Positions 46,101 through 49,945 of a stretch of 49,945 bases of DNA are shown piece after piece. The notes under the pieces are model-generated. The model did no database searches and had not been told where the DNA came from. It worked only from the letters and a program-made list of their open reading frames with translations. Origin of the DNA: Basidiobolus ranarum (Eukaryota); contig JASJQH010006893.1 of the NCBI GenBank assembly GCA_040143965.1, positions 1-49,945 on the forward strand, in the 5' to 3' direction. Each line of letters begins with the position of its first letter. Positions within the stretch are counted from its first letter, which is position 1. The position numbers were made by a program, and so were the translations under genes.

Positions 46101-48233
46101 AGTATAAAGTAAGTTTTGCACGCGAGGTGTGTGAATAATCGCGATGCCCAAATTTTTTGGGGATAAAGGAGCGCTCTGATCGACTTTGGAGAATACATGA
46201 GACTCCACAAAGTTGCAGACCTCCATTGCCTCTTTGTAACGAGATTGCTTGCTAGTTCCAACCTGAGGATTTTTGGCATGTTGATTACATAAGACGCCAA
46301 GAAGATTCTCTATAGCATCCCAGTAACCTGGGCGAAGTTTAATGGCGCGCCACCACCAATTCTCCGCTTCAGAACAACGGCCTGTACTTCTAAGAGTAGT
46401 TCCGATGTTACTCATGGCTTCAACATAATTAGGATCGATTTCAAGGATTTTAGAGTTATAGTAGAGCGATTTGGCGATATCATCACGAGAGAAATAGACA
46501 CAAGCGAGCAGTAGGAGAACCGGAAGATGTTTTGGGTGTAATTCATGAAGACAATGAAGCATTGGAAGCAAATTACTATCTTTTGGTGCTGACGAGTAAA
46601 GGTTATGTGCATGCGCAAGAATTTGATCCCGTATTTCCTTTGATCTAGCATCTACAACAGATATCCTCGTGCCAGGAACAACGTGTGGACCATGACTAGT
46701 AAGTGGATCATAAAAGGGGAGCTTTGTGTTGAAAATTCCGGAAAAATGAGAGCTAGTATTACACAATGTGCTAGAAGTTGAATCGTTACACCTTCCATTA
46801 CAATGATTTGATACAAAATGGTTTTCGTTCGGAGTGGCAGAGTTTACATTGTACAACCCCACAACATTTGGCTGTTTACATGGCAGATACCGAATTTGAC
46901 TAGGTTCAATGGAATTTAGCTCGCTTCTACTATAGTTTTGGTTGCGAACCTTGCCATTAGAACGACGATCGTCGTATTGGTTAGAGGTGTTTGGATAGTA
47001 CGTAGTGGATTGCAAAAAAAGATCGTTTTGGCGGGGGAAAGTTTGATGACTTCGAACATTCGTTGGATGCGAGTATCCAAATGCAGAATCACCGGCGAGA
47101 TAGCTCGAATTGTATGAGTGGCCACCATTTTGATCATGGAGATGATAAATGTTGGGGTTTGGCTGATGCGTTGGTAAATGATTCCCATTGAAATTTGCAT
47201 AGGCTGGATCTTGCTGATAGTACAAAAGAATGGTAGGGGAAGGCGGCGGAAGCATCATATGCTGAAATGATGGTTGATAGTCACCACGCGGTATCCCAGA
47301 ATGTTGAAAGTCTGGGTCGTTCGCAAGATTACTTTGAGCAGTACCAAATAACGTGCTAGTGTCGATCCAAGGATCTACAAGATTAGCGGCAGTAGCCATA
47401 AAATGCCCATAATTTTCCTGATTATAGCTAGGAATATACGAGGGTAACATCTGAGTGGGAAGTTGCTTATTAAATGAGGGCCCATACGTATGACTTTCGC
47501 GAGATAATTTGTTACTACGAATTTGCTTGTTCTTGCCAATCGACTGGTCATTTATGTTCGAATTTCTACGAAAGAGTTGCGGATCTATGCGTGTGTGATT
47601 AGGAAATGAGTCAGAGTTTTGAACATGGCGAGATGATTGCTTTGCATGATAAGGTTCTTGATCTGAAGCGAAGAATGGTTTTTTAGGGGGTGGTGGCGGA
47701 GAAATACACTCGAAATCTACCAAGGTACTCGTAGGCTTGTTAGAATAAGGATCTTTACGATCTTTCCAAGTTTGTTGTGGAGCGTTTTGGTTCACTGGAT
47801 ACGACCGAGTAGATTGGCTGTTTATAGATAGACCTGTACTTATAGAGTGTCTGTTGTTGAATGAAGGTGCTGGGAAAGGCATGTTCGTGTTGTTTGAAGA
47901 TAATCTGTCACGCGTGGTGTTCATATGCAAAGTGTTGTTTGAATGATGACTGGGATAGCTTTGAATAAGGTCTGCATGAGTCTTTAGATGGCGAAAAGGT
48001 TGTGCATTTACTTCTCCAAATTTCGGTACTTCTATAGTACTTGTTGAACCACTAAATGGGAAACTCATGTGCCGTCCACCGAAATTCCGACGAGTGGTAG
48101 GACCTGCACTATAGAGGCAGTTCAAATATTGGAGTTCGCTTTCGTTGTAATCTGAAGGTGGGACTTTTTGGATTGCGTAGTGTGGTTGATCATTCGAGAA
48201 GAAATTAGCGAAATCGTTTTGTTGAATCAACAT
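43101..48233 (-). CDS. OGT: O-GlcNAc transferase (GT41, OGT/SEC type) with TPRs and a long disordered N-terminus
   Basis: TPRs ([38 protein letters not shown]); catalytic [72 protein letters not shown]. Single 1710-aa ORF. Confidence 0.96.
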   Translation of the reverse strand: [1710 protein letters not shown]

Positions 48234-49509
48234 GTTATAAGTACGTATTTGGTGATAAGTACTCTACACTATTGGAAGTAAGGCTATGTTCAATCAAGTT
48301 CGTCTAGTAGCAAGGTCGTTAAATGTAGGATAAGTATAGTAACTTAGATTATCCAGCAACCCTGACGTGAAATCGAGCGATAATGTAAAGAAAACAAGTT
48401 GGATATATACAACTATAAAAACAAGGGAAAGAACTTCAAAAAATAAACGAGTCAAAGAACAAAAAGAATGGCAGTGACTATCTGTACAATGAAATTAGTC
48501 CAGGTTGAGAAAATAGTACAAAACGTCTATAGATATAAAATCTAAGCAAGCGCCTGTAATGTTGGACTCTTTAGTAAGTTGCAAGAGAGGAAAGCATAAA
48601 AAATGAAAGTCTACCTCACAGCTTGTAAATATTGACTTCTTGATACCCACCAGACCAATTATAGCAACAAGAACTGGTATCTTACTAACGATATCCTTAT
48701 ACGTGCTCCAGATTTCCTGGTTGCAGCGGCAGGCTTGGGTCAATATATATCCTTCAGTATGTCTTTTCAGCTCTCGAAGATAATTTATATAGCGCTGAAT
48801 AGAATAGATATATACGTAATATATTTGAATTTGAGCTTATTATATAAGAATAGTCTTAATGAAATCAATAGATACACTAATCGATGATATAAAAAACTAC
48901 AGTGGGTATACGAATATATATATATTAATTATTGATAGTAGAGTAAATTATATTCTAAAGCTATAACACATACTACTAGAAGATTACATGTAGCCTTTAT
49001 TTGCTATTGGAAAGTTGCATGCCCGCTAATACCGTTATAACTACTGCTACCACAACTACAACCATTACCTCAGCTCAGTTAGTTGCAATGACAAGGAATC
49101 TGCAGAGAATCCGCGAGTATTCGGAGTCCATCCAAGTCCATTAATCAGATTATATCTCACCAAATATAGATATGATTCGTTGAATAATAGAAACAAATCA
49201 GTAGCCTGTGATGATGTAAGCCAGGACCCGATGATGGCACCAAACCAAGCATATTACGCCTTTATTGAAGATGAATGGGGCTAGGACTACATTCTACTCT
49301 GATTTTGGAATTAGGAACTGTCAATACTAGGTTTGAAAGTTTTAGTGGTCTTAAGAAAGATCATCTGTATTCAGGTAGACTATAAGTAGGCAATAGGTTT
49401 AGCCTTACGTTAGCACCTAGCTTTAGGATGAGCACACAAGTATGTATAATGAAGACAAAGTATACATCACAAAGAAGAGCCATACATAATAAAGACAGTC
49501 GTCAAAGTG

Positions 49510-49568
49510 TAGGGTGGCTATGCATTAGGGTATGAATTAGGATGGCTATGCATTAGGGTGGCATATGC
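49510..49568 (+). repeat. Degenerate ~16-bp tandem repeat (TAGGGTGGCTATGCAT), about 4 copies
   Basis: tagggtggctatgcat / tagggtatgaat / taggatggctatgcat / tagggtggcatatgc. Confidence 0.8.
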
Positions 49569-49787
49569 TGGTTCACGCTCTATTAATGCCACATTCTGTT
49601 TTACTGCTTTGATACAAATCGATGCAAATGGATATTCCCTTGTCCGACTTTAATTATTCAGGAATATATATTTCTCCATTTTAAATTAATCCTTATTCGT
49701 GAATTTGAAACTCATATGTATACTTGGTTCCAGTCACATACATATTCCAATCGAGATTCTCAAGCAAGTCCTGCAGAGGTCTATTCC

Positions 49788-49852
49788 CACAGCATTTCTG
49801 TCTGTGTTGATTTAGCTTGCACAGCATTTCTGCCTCTGTGTTGATTTAGCTT
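49788..49852 (+). repeat. Tandem duplication of about 32 bp
   Basis: cacagcatttctgtctgtgttgatttagctt (49788-49818) is repeated at 49820-49852 with a 2-nt (cc) insertion. Confidence 0.9.
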
Positions 49853-49945
49853 ATATACTTGTTAGACAATGTATGGGGGATGAACGGTTATTTAAATCCT
49901 TACAATACAAGAATTATTGAAATCATCCACAGGTTGGTCATTGTT

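Noticed and set aside
49019-49144. Short Thr-rich ORF MPANTVITTATTTTT...
   Set aside because: About 41 codons, driven by an ACN trinucleotide repeat, with no supporting splice structure or homology.
49788-49852. Direct repeats as a possible CRISPR array
   Set aside because: Two adjacent copies with no spacer, in a eukaryotic genome.

Overview
Gene-dense, AT-rich eukaryotic DNA with many short (about 50-75 nt) spliceosomal introns. It is fungal, and most plausibly from an early-diverging, non-Dikarya lineage such as Basidiobolus (inferred from minor-class introns, an augmin-7-like gene and an OGT). The window opens with the 3' end of a Ty1/copia retrotransposon. About 21 protein genes follow: a C2H2 protein, HUL4-like HECT ligase, an orphan ORF, Ydc2/Cce1 resolvase, Cys-GST, RPL11, HAUS7/AUG7-like, CAX4/DOLPP1, SKI8/WDR61, beta-tubulin, ClpX, RIB1, PAM18, RLP24, NFS1, RPT5, a small prepro-peptide, MRM1, Rad60/Esc2-like, ERV25, RSM10, a tandem-KH protein and OGT. 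Highlights the ORF track does not show: (1) a box C/D snoRNA inside an NFS1 intron whose guide is complementary to U6 snRNA (human C62 equivalent); (2) two U12-type (minor spliceosome) introns in SKI8; (3) an 81-aa precursor with signal peptide, glycosylatable pro-region and a Kex2 KR site, releasing a 10-aa peptide that ends in a CAAX box, i.e. a hybrid alpha/a pheromone-like design; (4) a fungal augmin subunit 7; (5) an intronless beta-tubulin with natural substitutions at benzimidazole-resistance positions (Q6, M198). Exon structures were assembled by eye and no database searches were run.
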